From Gammaproteobacteria bacterium (lineage in GTDB: Bacteria > Pseudomonadota > Gammaproteobacteria > Eutrophobiales > Eutrophobiaceae): a DNA stretch of 64,000 nt. Below are positions 18,238 through 28,537 of this stretch, in pieces. The DNA lies in assembly GCA_965222155.1 (NCBI GenBank), contig CBDCTH010000012.1, positions 864,001-928,000 on the forward strand, in the 5' to 3' direction. Each line of letters begins with the position of its first letter. The first letter of the stretch is position 1. A model generated the notes under the pieces. The model saw only the letters and a program-made list of their open reading frames with translations. It ran no database searches and was not told the DNA's origin. A program made the translations under genes and the position numbers.

Positions 18238-18793
18238 TTTATTCTCCTCCCTGGCTATAGTCTTTAATAAGGCGTCATTGCGCTGGTATGTATTTGGCGC
18301 GCAAGCGGCAATATTCTACGGTTCTGTACGACTGACTGCTGACGTGGACGTGACGGTTTTGCCGGGTGATTATCCGCTTGATGACCTGTTGGGTTTATTA
18401 CAGGAAGAAGGTTTTGAGGTTCGCACGTCAGATGTTCATTCTTTGGTTCAGCAAACAAGAGTATTGCCGGTGGTACATACACAATCCAATATGCCCGTTG
18501 ATATCATCATCGGCGGCCCGGGATTGGAAGAACAATTTGCAGCTCATGCCCGGCCTTATGAGTTGGACGGTGTTAGTGTCCCGGTAGTGAGAAGTGAAGA
18601 TCTGGTTGCAATGAAGATCCTTGCAGGTCGGTATAAGGATTTACAGGATGTATTGTCGATCTTGAAATCGCAATCTGCGGGGATGAATATCAATGATATT
18701 CGGGCAACGCTGAAGACCCTGGAGGCGGCTTTGGACAGGAGCGATCTTATTTCTGTTCTGGACAGTCTTATCGCTCAAGCAACGAATTACTAA
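18218..18793 (+). CDS. Nucleotidyltransferase-family protein (probable GTG start at 18218)
   Basis: GAQAA-x3-G-x2-RLTADVD and EDLVAMKILAGRYKDLQD motifs. Confidence 0.8.
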   Translation: MASYLADLFSSLAIVFNKASLRWYVFGAQAAIFYGSVRLTADVDVTVLPGDYPLDDLLGLLQEEGFEVRTSDVHSLVQQTRVLPVVHTQSNMPVDIIIGGPGLEEQFAAHARPYELDGVSVPVVRSEDLVAMKILAGRYKDLQDVLSILKSQSAGMNINDIRATLKTLEAALDRSDLISVLDSLIAQATNY

Positions 18794-19017
18794 AGGAGTA
18801 GTTTCCTCGGACAAATATTGATGATTCATAATAACCGAAGCCGGTTGGCGCTAATTCTGGTTAATTTTGTAGCGCACCACACTTCCCTGTTCAAGTATCG
18901 CCCGGGCCTGTAGCAATCAATTCCTGCATCCCCGCAATTATTTTGTCCCAAATGTGACTTTTCTCACATTTTTGCGCATTTTTTGCTTTTCAACTTGCCC
19001 CGACCGGGTAATATCAG

Positions 19018-19336
19018 TAGCACGGTACGGAAACCGGGTGTGGCTGCTCCGAGTTAGTGGGAATAACGCCGGCGTGGTCGGTCGAACGGAATTCGAACCT
19101 TTTGTTCTTGTTTTGTGATGCTTCTATGCCTGAAGGCAGCCCGGTTTGAGTATCGCCGGGCCAGGGATCAGGGTCAGCCTGAGGGCGCCAACGGGGGGCG
19201 GTTTTCCATAGTCTGCTTCGCCGTCCCCCACTGGCAGGGGTTAAAGCGGGTAACCCTAATATCAGGTTCTGTTACCGAACTAATCACTCTGGCTACCTCT
19301 GTCAGCTGAGACTTCAATGCTACCGTGTGAACGCTA
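19018..19336 (+). ncRNA. Candidate structured RNA / orphan non-coding mobile-element end
   Basis: Nested complementary segments and an upstream TTGCCC...TAATAT promoter-like sequence; no credible ORF; family not recognised. Confidence 0.35.
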
Positions 19337-19392
19337 AGATTATGAATAAACCAGTGGAAACATTCAGCGTTAACCCGCATTTCTCAAGGAAT

Positions 19393-19824
19393 TCAATCTT
19401 CCAACGGATTTACATGAACAATCCCGCTGAAGCGGCGAAAGTCATAATCCGCGGAATATATTTCAGCGCCGTATTCAATAGCTAATGCAGCAAGATGTGC
19501 ATCCGACGTCAGGTTGCCCGCACTCCCTGTCGTACTCAGCAGGTTTCTGAAGATAGGCCAGTGACGCTCTCCGGGGCTTATCAGTTCGACCTGAGGTTGG
19601 TTCAGCCAGCCGTCAACATAAGCAATCGCATGAGTATAATGTAACGGTCTGGCCATGATCCCGGCACGAGTTGTTACACGGATAAACGCCAGGATCACGA
19701 TCCAGGCCAGCCCGAGTTCAATTGATCCCGAAAGCGCCCGTTCCAGCCACCTGTGCGCCCGTTTATGCTGATCAGCATCGCGGTTCACGGCGTATATCAG
19801 AAGATTCGCATCGATTAGGATCAC
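19393..19824 (-). CDS. vapC: VapC PIN-domain toxin
   Basis: DANLLIYA, DAHLAALAIE and SADYDF. Confidence 0.9.
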   Translation of the reverse strand: MILIDANLLIYAVNRDADQHKRAHRWLERALSGSIELGLAWIVILAFIRVTTRAGIMARPLHYTHAIAYVDGWLNQPQVELISPGERHWPIFRNLLSTTGSAGNLTSDAHLAALAIEYGAEIYSADYDFRRFSGIVHVNPLED

Positions 19825-20090
19825 TTTTTCATTTCCAGTTTCCTGGCGACCTCTTCTTCTTCCAGGTAATCAGCGAGTTCCAGGGCCTTGGTTAAATTAT
19901 AAGCGCCTGCTACTTCCCCCATGGATACGGGTTTTAATCGGTAAGGTTTCGCGTTATCCATGATACGGTCTGAGAATAACCCGGCACGCAAAGTTTCATT
20001 TACAACCTGCTTGTAGCTTTTGCCACTACGGTGCGCAGCATCTTTCAGTGCTTTTGCAATTTTATCATCGATAGTGAGAGTCGTTCTCAT
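19821..20090 (-). CDS. VapB/CopG-like antitoxin
   Basis: MRTTLTIDD RHH start; overlaps vapC by 4 nt. Confidence 0.85.
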   Translation of the reverse strand: MRTTLTIDDKIAKALKDAAHRSGKSYKQVVNETLRAGLFSDRIMDNAKPYRLKPVSMGEVAGAYNLTKALELADYLEEEEVARKLEMKK

Positions 20091-20151
20091 GGCATGACAT
20101 CATAGCATATATATAGATGACATCAAAACATCAATCAAAGGGGTCCAGGTG

Positions 20152-20371
20152 CCCCCGCTAACTCGAAGTCAATACAGTGATTCTTGCCGGATTCGAAGAC
20201 AGAGGGGACAGATTTAAATCTGTCCCCCAGGAGTCACGGGGCAAGGGAGGGCGTCTCGCCCTCTACGAGGGCAGGATGCCCAGTTAGCGGGAACTGCTGA
20301 AAGGGGTCAGACTCGATTGGTTTTCCAGACACCTTTGCATTGTTGTAAAATCAATCGAGTCTGACCCCTTT
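20152..20371. repeat. Composite palindrome cluster at the recQ 3' end
   Basis: CCCGCTAACT/AGTTAGCGGG pair, GGGGACAGATTTAAATCTGTCCCC (20204-20227), and AAAGGGGTCAGACTCGATTG/CAATCGAGTCTGACCCCTTT (20300-20371). Confidence 0.8.
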
Positions 20372-22168
20372 GATTTTTTGGTGGGAGCGTATGACGGCAA
20401 GAAAGGTCTCGCCGTATTTTTCCAGTTTGCTCAAGCCTACGCCGCTGACCTGCAGCAGTTCTTCCGGGCTGGCGGGTAAGGTGTTTGCCATTTCTATCAA
20501 GGTTGAATCGTGGAATATCACATAGGGCGGCAGGCCCTGTTCAACGGCCAGCTGTTTGCGGTGGGCCTTGAGTTTTTCCAGCAGGTCGGGATCGTTGGCC
20601 TGTACAGGGGTTTTCTCATGTTGTTTTCTGGTAGGTTTTTTGATCCTGTCGTCCTTGCGCAAGAAAACCTGTGTCCCGCCTTGCAGCAAGGCTTTGCTCT
20701 GTTCGGTCAGTAGCAGGGAGCCGAAACCTTTCATATCAACGGTTAAAAACCGGCGTGCGATCAATTGCCGGAACACGGAGCGCCACTGCTGCATATCCAA
20801 TTCCTCGCCGATACCGAAGGTGCTGAGGCGCTGGTGGTTGAACTTTCTTACCTTGTCGTTTTCCTTTCCCAGCAACACGTCGATCAGGTGCCTGGCGCCA
20901 AAACGCTGGCCGCTGCGATAAACACAGGACAAAGCCTTGCGGGCGGCAGTAGTGCCGTCCCAGGTTACCACGGGATGCAGGCAGGCATCACAGTTACCAC
21001 ACTCGGCAGGGGATTCCTCCCCGAAGTATTGCAACAAGGCATGGCGGCGGCAACTGGTGATCTCGCACAGGCCCAGCATGGAATCGAGTTTATAGCGTTC
21101 GATCCGTTTATGGTTTTCATCCGCGTCCGACTGTTCCAGCATCAGCCGCAGTTTGACCACGTCCTCCAGGCCGTAGACCATCCAGGCGTCGGCCGCCTCA
21201 CCGTCTCGTCCGGCGCGCCCGGTTTCCTGATAATAAGCCTCGATACTCTTGGGCAGGTCCAGGTGGGCGACAAAACGCACATCCGGTTTGTCGATACCCA
21301 TACCGAAGGCAATGGTGGCAACAATAATGATCCCTTCCTCCTGCAGAAAGCGTTGCTGATGTCGGGAGCGCAGGCGCGCATCAAGCCCGGCATGGTAGGG
21401 CAGAGCCGTGCAGCCCTGCTTGTTCAACCAGTCGGCAATGGCCTCGGTTTTTTTGCGCGACAGGCAATAGACGATCCCGGCGTCTCCCTGGTGTTCCGTC
21501 TCCAGAAAATGCAGCAACTGCCGGCGTTCCTCCAGCTTGGTGGTGATCCGGTAGCGGATATTCGGGCGATTAAAACCGCTGGTAAACACCCTGGCGCGCC
21601 GCAGGCCCAGGCGTTCCCGGATCTCAGCGCGGGTCCGTTCATCCGCCGTCGCCGTCAGGGCGATACGTGGAATCGACGGAAAGCGCTGGTGCAGCTGCTC
21701 CAGGGCCAGGTAGTCTTTGCGGAAATCATGCCCCCATTGCGAGACGCAGTGGGCCTCATCGATTGCGAACAGGGCAACCTGTGCCCGTTCCAGCAATGCC
21801 AGGGTGCGTTCCTGTAACAGACGCTCCGGGGCGATATAGAGCAGGTCCATCTCATTATTCAGCAAAGCCTGTTCCGTTTCCCTGGCTGTTTGTACCGGCA
21901 GGGTCGAATTCAGATAGGTGGCCTTGATACCGAGTTGCAGCAAGGCGCTGACCTGGTCCTGCATCAGGGCTATGAGAGGCGAGATGATGATGCCTGTACC
22001 GGGTCGAATCAGCGCCGGGATCTGGTAACACAGTGATTTGCCACCGCCGGTGGGCATGAGGACCAGGGCATCGTTCCCGGCGAGTATGGTGTTGATGATG
22101 TCCTGCTGGTCGCCGCGATAGTCCCGATAGCCGAAAGTATTGCGTAGAATTTCCATTGCCTGTTCCAT
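20351..22168 (-). CDS. recQ: ATP-dependent DNA helicase RecQ
   Basis: [36 protein letters not shown], plus RQC and HRDC domains. Confidence 0.97.
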   Translation of the reverse strand: MEQAMEILRNTFGYRDYRGDQQDIINTILAGNDALVLMPTGGGKSLCYQIPALIRPGTGIIISPLIALMQDQVSALLQLGIKATYLNSTLPVQTARETEQALLNNEMDLLYIAPERLLQERTLALLERAQVALFAIDEAHCVSQWGHDFRKDYLALEQLHQRFPSIPRIALTATADERTRAEIRERLGLRRARVFTSGFNRPNIRYRITTKLEERRQLLHFLETEHQGDAGIVYCLSRKKTEAIADWLNKQGCTALPYHAGLDARLRSRHQQRFLQEEGIIIVATIAFGMGIDKPDVRFVAHLDLPKSIEAYYQETGRAGRDGEAADAWMVYGLEDVVKLRLMLEQSDADENHKRIERYKLDSMLGLCEITSCRRHALLQYFGEESPAECGNCDACLHPVVTWDGTTAARKALSCVYRSGQRFGARHLIDVLLGKENDKVRKFNHQRLSTFGIGEELDMQQWRSVFRQLIARRFLTVDMKGFGSLLLTEQSKALLQGGTQVFLRKDDRIKKPTRKQHEKTPVQANDPDLLEKLKAHRKQLAVEQGLPPYVIFHDSTLIEMANTLPASPEELLQVSGVGLSKLEKYGETFLAVIRSHQKIKGVRLD

Positions 22169-22241
22169 CTGCTGTTGCTCCTGTCAGCCCTGCACGCCGG
22201 ATACGGTGGACCCTCCGAATCAAAAGTATGCAGTAGCCCTG

Positions 22242-22538
22242 TTAATCTTTCAATATCTCCCGTGGGAATTTATCGGCAAACTCACCGTCGTCCACACGCA
22301 GCGCCGGTTCCACCAGGATTTTTCCGTTGATTGGACACCAGGGGCGTATATAGCGAAATACTGCCTCCGAGCTGTCCGCTTCAAAGGCCGCGATACCCCA
22401 GTGGGACGCAGCCTGGCCTTCGAAAATTACTTTCACCCCGCTGGAATTCTCCCCCCGGTTCTCCGAATGCCGCAATGTGCCTTTTGCCACCTCATTGATT
22501 TTTTCCGGCATGATTTCAAAATAACAGATAAATAACAT
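22242..22538 (-). CDS. Hypothetical protein (DUF3303-like)
   Basis: AGGAG RBS; FEADSSEAV...PW...VEPAL pattern. Confidence 0.55.
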   Translation of the reverse strand: MLFICYFEIMPEKINEVAKGTLRHSENRGENSSGVKVIFEGQAASHWGIAAFEADSSEAVFRYIRPWCPINGKILVEPALRVDDGEFADKFPREILKD

Positions 22539-22620
22539 GGTATTGCTCCTGTTTGTCTTGCAGGTTATCGTCAGGCCACAACACCGATTCTATGTGGGAT
22601 TGACACGTTTACAAGCGCTA

Positions 22621-23904
22621 TTAACCCATTTCTTTATCTTCACGTCCGGGGTAAGGACCCAACAGGGCTATCAGTATTGTTCCAACTACGACAATACCGG
22701 CCACGATCCATAATGCGCCGATGTAATTACCGGCACTGTCGTAATACAGCCCCATCAGCGGTGCGCCGATCATGGAGCCCAGTTGAAACGCTGCAAACAT
22801 CAGGCCGTAGATGAGGCCGAACGCGCGCGGGCCGAAGTAGCGGCTGCATATATAAGCTATCTCACTGATTTCCGACCCTGTGGCCATGCCCACGCAGACG
22901 GCCGCGACAAACACCAGCGCACCCGCCGTCCCGGTAGCCAGGATGATGATGCCCGCCAATAAGCCCAGCAGAAAACAGGCGGCAACGTAAGGCGCAAAGA
23001 AATAATCCATCAGATATCCCGCCAGGACGCGCCCAAAGATAAGCCCCAGGGCGAGGGAACTCATACACAAGGCAGCGCCGGCAGGCGCCACGCCGCGGTC
23101 TATCAGCATGGGGACCAGGTGGGTGAGCACGCTGGTGATGCCGATGCCCACCAGCAGGAACGAGACCAGGATCAGCCAGAAGCTGTGGGTCTTTGCAGCA
23201 TGCGAGCATGACAGCCCAGCCACCGCTGCCGCAACCGGAGCGGGCTTATCATCAGTGCCCGTCTTTTCCATCGGATCGCCATCCGGCTTAAGCCCCATTT
23301 CTGCCGGGCTTTCTTTCAGGATGAATACTGCCATGGGCAAGGCCAGGGCGAAGATGGCCGCGGCAAAAGCGGCATAAGCCATACGCCAGCCGTGGTTTTC
23401 AATCATCATTTGCGCAATGACGGGCACCAGCATCGCACCGACGCCAAACCCGGCGAGGGAGATGCCCAGGGCGATACCCCGGCGCCGGGCGAACCAGGCA
23501 ATCAGCACCCGTGAGTAACTCTGGGGCAGGGTGCCCGCGCCCAGCAACGGGATCAGAAAATACAGCATATAGAAATGCCACAGGTTGGCGCTGAGCAAGG
23601 TCATGGAGGCGACGGTCAGACCCATCAGGATTACCGATGGGATCAATACCCGCCGGACGCCGAATTGATCGATGATGAGGCCGAGGCAGGGAGAGGCAAT
23701 GACCACCGCGAAATTGGTCATCGTGACGGCAAATGATAATTCACCCCGGCTCCAGCCGAATTCATCCTCCAGGGGTTTTACGAAGACACCGAAGGCAAAT
23801 ATCGTGAACATCGCATAGCTCAAACCCATGCCGACAAAACCGGTGGCGACGTTCCACCAGCCGTAGAAGATGCCGGTGCGTTCGTTACTCATCAAGTTTT
23901 TCAT
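22621..23904 (-). CDS. MFS transporter (probable start 23904 or 23892)
   Basis: About 12 TM segments; FYGWW, IDQFGVRR and WFARRRGIALG. The upstream ORF extension is a tandem repeat. Confidence 0.9.
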   Translation of the reverse strand: MKNLMSNERTGIFYGWWNVATGFVGMGLSYAMFTIFAFGVFVKPLEDEFGWSRGELSFAVTMTNFAVVIASPCLGLIIDQFGVRRVLIPSVILMGLTVASMTLLSANLWHFYMLYFLIPLLGAGTLPQSYSRVLIAWFARRRGIALGISLAGFGVGAMLVPVIAQMMIENHGWRMAYAAFAAAIFALALPMAVFILKESPAEMGLKPDGDPMEKTGTDDKPAPVAAAVAGLSCSHAAKTHSFWLILVSFLLVGIGITSVLTHLVPMLIDRGVAPAGAALCMSSLALGLIFGRVLAGYLMDYFFAPYVAACFLLGLLAGIIILATGTAGALVFVAAVCVGMATGSEISEIAYICSRYFGPRAFGLIYGLMFAAFQLGSMIGAPLMGLYYDSAGNYIGALWIVAGIVVVGTILIALLGPYPGREDKEMG

Positions 23905-23916
23905 ACTATAGCGCGG

Positions 23917-24286
23917 CGACATGCCGGAGCACGCCGTCATACCGGAGCACGTCGTCATGCCGGAGCACGCCGTCATACCGGAGCACACCGTCATACCGGG
24001 GCACACCGTCATACCGGAGCACACCGTCATACCGGAGCACACCGTCATACCGGAGCACACCGTCATACCGGAGCACGCCGTCATACCGGAGCATGCCGTC
24101 ATACCGGAGCACGCCGTCATACCGGAGCATGCCGTCATACCGGAGCACACCGTCATACCGGGGCACACCGTCATGCCGGAGCACACCGTCATACCGGAGC
24201 ACGCCGTCATACCGGAGCACGCCGTCATACCGGAGCACACCGTCATACCGGAGCACACCGTCATACCGGCGTATGCCGGTATCCAG
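23917..24286. repeat. Tandem array of about 19 x 18 bp (CGTCATACCGGAGCAC(A/G)C) ending in a CGTC-type REP
   Basis: Directly visible; terminal unit CGTCATACCGGCGTATGCCGGTATCCAG; the end block recurs at about 24410-24480. Confidence 0.95.
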
Positions 24287-24480
24287 GTAAATACAGTGCC
24301 GCCCCAGGCGGCTCATTTATTTCACTGGATTCTGGCACTGGATAACGCCATTCCAGCACAGGCATGCGCCAGAATGACGTCAGGGGAGCATAACGGATAA
24401 TCGTGCATTATGCCGGAGCACGCCGTCATACCGGCGTATGCCGGTATCCAGGTAAATAGAGTGCCGCCCCAAGCGGCTCA

Positions 24481-25413
24481 TTACAACTGTACTTCATCAG
24501 CGAGGATATAACCCGGATTTGCCGTGTCCTCCAGCGACCAGCCGCCCATCAGGTAATGATGCACGATGCGTATGGCCGACAGGCCGACGTGTTCTTCGAA
24601 ACCATCCAGGTCACCGAACCGATCTTTTAATTTGTTCATGACGTAACCCTGCATGGGTTCATAAGCCCAGATAGGGACAAACTCCACAAAAGCCTGCTGG
24701 CAGGCTTCCTGGACAGCCTCAATATAATCGCAGCCTCTGGTAAAACCCGCCCGGTCAGTGACAGCGTAACGTCCGGGAACAAACCTGTCCCAGTCCAACT
24801 CCAGGAAACCGCGCATAAACCTGACAAAATTGGCAAGGTGAATATCCGGCAACAGGCCATAGCGGGCATTGGCAAAGATGGTATCCGCCGAGAACAACAG
24901 TTTTTCCCCGGCAAACCAGGCAGCCAGGTTACCGGAACCGTGGGTCGGCCCCGGATTTAATAAAACCAGCTCAGCGCCATCCACCGTGATGTTATTTTCC
25001 GCACCGGAAATAACCCGGGTGGGCCGGCGTTGCCCTTCGGCCTGGCGCAACTTAATAACTTTTGCGCATATCACATCAGCTATGATTTCCGCATCCGGCG
25101 CCAGGTCAGCAGCAAAGCCGGCATGGTCCAGATGGTCATGAGAATAAATAACAGTACTGATATCCTTCCCGGGAATTGCCTCGCTGATCGCCCGGGCATA
25201 AGCCCGCGCCTTGCCAGGCGTGCCGAAAGTATCAAAAGCGATAACGCCTTCCCGTCCCTCAAGAAAAATAGTCCTGCACACCCCATCACTGATCGTCCAC
25301 AAGCGCTCCGATAACTGCTCAACCGCCATCTCCGGCTCAAAAGCCAGATACACCTGGGCGTTATCCGTAGTAAATAATCCCCTGTTTTCACTCATATTTC
25401 CCTCCCCCATCAT
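24481..25413 (-). CDS. MBL-fold metallo-hydrolase paralog B
   Basis: YSHDHLDH, THG and SADT; the last His is replaced (PGRY). Confidence 0.85.
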   Translation of the reverse strand: MMGEGNMSENRGLFTTDNAQVYLAFEPEMAVEQLSERLWTISDGVCRTIFLEGREGVIAFDTFGTPGKARAYARAISEAIPGKDISTVIYSHDHLDHAGFAADLAPDAEIIADVICAKVIKLRQAEGQRRPTRVISGAENNITVDGAELVLLNPGPTHGSGNLAAWFAGEKLLFSADTIFANARYGLLPDIHLANFVRFMRGFLELDWDRFVPGRYAVTDRAGFTRGCDYIEAVQEACQQAFVEFVPIWAYEPMQGYVMNKLKDRFGDLDGFEEHVGLSAIRIVHHYLMGGWSLEDTANPGYILADEVQL

Positions 25414-25416
25414 TCA

Positions 25417-25612
25417 GCCACAGAGAACACAGAGTTGGCGAATATTAATGTCTCCCGCAGGTTTGCATGTGCTTTTCAGGACTATCATCCGCAGGGACAG
25501 CGGATGGTAAGCGTACAGGGATGTATTCACAGCGTGTCCTGAAAAGCACATGCAAACCTGCCACCCCAGTACATATTCACAGCGAATCTTGAAACGCTCG
25601 TCCAAACCTGTC
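25417..25612. repeat. Repeat element shared with 50418-50663
   Basis: GCCACAGAGAACACAGAG plus core GACTATCATCCGCAGGGACAGCGGATGGTAAGCGTACAGGGA(T/C)GTATTCACAGCG. Confidence 0.85.
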
Positions 25613-25637
25613 TCCCTATTAATCCCCCGACACTACT

Positions 25638-26579
25638 CTAAAATGGAGTAGTATCCGGCTGAATATTACCTTCAATACCCCATCCCCCAGTCAAGTATAC
25701 CTGCATGTACCTGGACAAATTCATGGCGCAGTATTCATGGTAACGAAACAGATTTCCGAAGGATGCCGACAGCTTTTCCCCGGTGTAGCGGCAGACGCCG
25801 TTCCAGTCGTGCGGGTCAAGCCCGTCAATAACGGCCTGCTGGGCAAAATCAGCCATCAGGTCATAGTATTCCAGGTTATCAATAAAGCCCTGCCGGTCAG
25901 TGATCCAGAAATGGCCGGGAACAAATACATCCCAGTCCAGACTCAGAAAACGTTTCATGCAAGGGACATAAGGCTTGAAGTGCCAGTCAGGGAAGAAGGT
26001 GTAGCCAACCCCGGGAATGACAGTATCCACCATGAACAAGACCTTGCTCTGTGGAAACCAGGCCGCAATGTTGCCGTCACCATGGGTAGGACCCGGATAG
26101 AGCAACTCGAAATAGACACCATCAATCTCATAAGCCTTGCGCTCACCGTCCCAGGCCTCCGTTGCCGGGGTCTGGCCGTCGGATTTTCTTGCCGCGACCA
26201 CGTCGGCGCACAATTTGTGGGCGATGATATCCGCGTCCGGCGCCAGGTCGGCGGCATAGCCGGTATGGTCAAGGTGATCGTGGGAATAGACGATGGTGTG
26301 AACGGGTTTTTGCGGAAACACCCGGCCTATGGCGCCGGCGTAGGCCCGGGCAGTACCGGGGGTGGTTAAGGTATCAAACGCGATAATGCCCTTGTTTCCC
26401 TCCAGAAATATGGAGCGGTAAATACCTTCACTGACGGACCAGATTTTGTCACGTACCGGGCTGTAGGAAATATCCCGCCATGCCCCCATGATGGGGTGGG
26501 GCGCCGGAATGGTAAAAATACCGCAATGGTCACACTCAGGGTGGCCTGTGCCGTTAGCGCCGTTTTCCTCTTCAGTCAC
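25638..26579 (-). CDS. MBL-fold metallo-hydrolase paralog A
   Basis: YSHDHLDH, THG, MVDT and PGH; starts 1 nt after the rpsI stop. Confidence 0.85.
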   Translation of the reverse strand: MTEEENGANGTGHPECDHCGIFTIPAPHPIMGAWRDISYSPVRDKIWSVSEGIYRSIFLEGNKGIIAFDTLTTPGTARAYAGAIGRVFPQKPVHTIVYSHDHLDHTGYAADLAPDADIIAHKLCADVVAARKSDGQTPATEAWDGERKAYEIDGVYFELLYPGPTHGDGNIAAWFPQSKVLFMVDTVIPGVGYTFFPDWHFKPYVPCMKRFLSLDWDVFVPGHFWITDRQGFIDNLEYYDLMADFAQQAVIDGLDPHDWNGVCRYTGEKLSASFGNLFRYHEYCAMNLSRYMQVYLTGGWGIEGNIQPDTTPF

Positions 26580-26580
26580 G

Positions 26581-26973
26581 TTAACGTTTGCTGTATTGCG
26601 GGCGTTTCCTGGCCTTATGCAGACCGACCTTTTTGCGTTCCACTTCGCGGGCGTCGCGCGTGACGAAGCCGGCCTGGCGCAGAGTTTTGCGCAAACCTTC
26701 GTCGTATTTAATCAGTGCCCGGGTGATCCCGTGGCGAATTGCGCCGGCCTGGCCGGAAATTCCGCCGCCGGTGACGCTGATGGTAATGTCGAAATTATTC
26801 AGCATGTCGAGCTTTTCCAGGGGTTGCTGAATAATCATCCTGCCGGTTTCCCTGCCGAAATATTGTTCCATGGTACGGTTATTGATGACGATATTGCCGC
26901 CACCTTTCTTTAAAAACACCCGCGCGCTGGAGCTTTTCCTGCGGCCGGTACTGTAATAAATCTCGTCTGCCAT
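26581..26973 (-). CDS. rpsI: 30S ribosomal protein S9
   Basis: [21 protein letters not shown] and C-terminal PQYSKR. Confidence 0.98.
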   Translation of the reverse strand: MADEIYYSTGRRKSSSARVFLKKGGGNIVINNRTMEQYFGRETGRMIIQQPLEKLDMLNNFDITISVTGGGISGQAGAIRHGITRALIKYDEGLRKTLRQAGFVTRDAREVERKKVGLHKARKRPQYSKR

Positions 26974-27003
26974 GATTAAATGTCTGAAAGTTGATAAATC
27001 TGG

Positions 27004-27432
27004 TTATAGTTCCAATGGTTTCGGTTGTTGCGCGGCATGGCGATGATTGGCATCGGCATAAACCCGCAATTTGCGAAACAGGTCACGCCCCAAAGGGCCT
27101 TTGGGCAACATTCCCTTGACCGCCTTTTCAATAATCCGCTCCGGTTTGGATTTGAGCAGTTTCTCGAAAGTGATTGATCTGATACCGCCCGGGTAACCCG
27201 TATGGCGATAATAGGTTTTATCGCTTGCCTTGTTCCCGGTTACCTGGACATCTTTTGCGTTGATCACGATCACGTAATCGCCGGTATCCATATGCGGCGT
27301 GTATTCCGGTTTATGTTTCCCGCGCAGCCGCCGGGCAATCTCGGTGGCAAGCCGGCCCAGGATTTTACCCCTGGCGTCGACTACATACCACTCATGTTTA
27401 ATATCCGCCGGTGTTGCGGTGTAGGTTTTCAT
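27004..27432 (-). CDS. rplM: 50S ribosomal protein L13
   Basis: MKTY start, [23 protein letters not shown] and AVKGMLPK. Confidence 0.98.
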   Translation of the reverse strand: MKTYTATPADIKHEWYVVDARGKILGRLATEIARRLRGKHKPEYTPHMDTGDYVIVINAKDVQVTGNKASDKTYYRHTGYPGGIRSITFEKLLKSKPERIIEKAVKGMLPKGPLGRDLFRKLRVYADANHRHAAQQPKPLEL

Positions 27433-27640
27433 TGGACGTCGCTGAATCGTAATAAAGGCGCCGATCATACGGATTGTCCCATTTGCTGTCAATGATATTA
27501 TTCTATGATAAGTGTTCTTCCCGCATGGGATTTTCCAACATGGGATGAGCTTGAATAGAAATATCACCACGTTCCTATGAGTAAAGATGTAAGCTCATTC
27601 ATGTTCCTGACATCAGTTCCTGACGTCAGGCTTGCTAAAA

Positions 27641-27668
27641 TGATATCACTAAAGTACGATTGCTATCA
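27641..27668. promoter_or_regulatory. FitA-type operator TGATATCA-N12-TGCTATCA
   Basis: Half-sites and 12-nt spacing resemble the Neisseria FitAB operator; lies directly upstream of the FitA-like gene. Confidence 0.65.
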
Positions 27669-27684
27669 TAGATAACTACGGTAA

Positions 27685-27948
27685 GTGATGATTATGGCAA
27701 ATATGACAATTCGCAATTTACCAGAAGAAGTGCATCGTGCGTTACGCGTGCGGGCCGTTGGACATGGAAACAGTGTTGAGGCCGAAGTCCGTGAGATCCT
27801 GAAGGATTCTTTACAGCCTGAAGGTCGGATTAAGCTAGGTTCAATCTTGGCTGAGATTGGTCGTGAGGCTAACTTGACAGATGAAGATTTCGCGGTTATC
27901 GAGCAGGTGCGCGACAAAACTCCCGCCATGCCGGTAGGTTTTGAATGA
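27685..27948 (+). CDS. FitA/StbC-like RHH antitoxin
   Basis: MANMTIRNLPEEVHRALRVRA...SVEAEVREIL. Confidence 0.9.
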   Translation: MMIMANMTIRNLPEEVHRALRVRAVGHGNSVEAEVREILKDSLQPEGRIKLGSILAEIGREANLTDEDFAVIEQVRDKTPAMPVGFE

Positions 27949-28364
27949 TCATGCTGGATACCAACGTGATTTCAGAGCCACTACGTCCGGCCCCTGAATT
28001 CCGTGTCATTGAATGGATCGATGCCCAGGCGATAGAGACCCTTTTTTTATCGGCAATCACCGTGGCTGAACTGCGTTTTGGTGTGGCCTTGCTCCCAGTT
28101 GGGAAACGGCAAAACAGGTTACAGATAAGATTGGAAAATGAGGTGTTGCCTCTGTTCACTGAGCGCGTATTACCGTTCGATACATCAGTTACAAAAGCAT
28201 ATGCTGAGCTGATGGCTAAGGCCAGAGCGACCGGCCTGGCAATTGGTACGGCTGATGGATATATCGCTGCTACTGCTGCTGCAAACGGGATGATGATCGC
28301 AACGCGGGACGTAAATCCGTTTGCGGCTGCTGGCATTAAGGTCATTAATCTCTGGGCGAAATGA
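27945..28364 (+). CDS. vapC: VapC/FitB PIN-domain toxin
   Basis: LDTNVISE, SAITVAEL, DGYIAATA and ATRD. Confidence 0.92.
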   Translation: MIMLDTNVISEPLRPAPEFRVIEWIDAQAIETLFLSAITVAELRFGVALLPVGKRQNRLQIRLENEVLPLFTERVLPFDTSVTKAYAELMAKARATGLAIGTADGYIAATAAANGMMIATRDVNPFAAAGIKVINLWAK

Positions 28365-28386
28365 TAACTTTACTGAGCACACAAAT

Positions 28387-28485
28387 GAAAAACGCCCCAT
28401 TGAGAGGCGTTAAGGATTAGTCTCTGAGGACATATCCTGCTTGAATTTTGTTGTAAAAAACAAGCAGACTCGGTTCAGATACAAT
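28387..28485 (-). ncRNA. tracrRNA (type II-C)
   Basis: 36-nt anti-repeat at 28450-28485 (22 nt identical to the repeat, most other differences G:U-compatible), followed by a stem and terminator AACGCCTCTCAATGGGGCGTTTTT. Confidence 0.8.
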
Positions 28486-28537
28486 CTACAAGCTGATTAC
28501 AGCATAAAATTAATAGCATTACAAACGATTTCTCCTG

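Noticed and set aside
23905-24400. ORFs made of MTVCSG, RYDGVL, IPEHTV or PSYRST repeats; possible CRISPR array
   Set aside because: These are translations of a spacer-less 18-bp tandem repeat. There are no unique spacers, so it is not a CRISPR array
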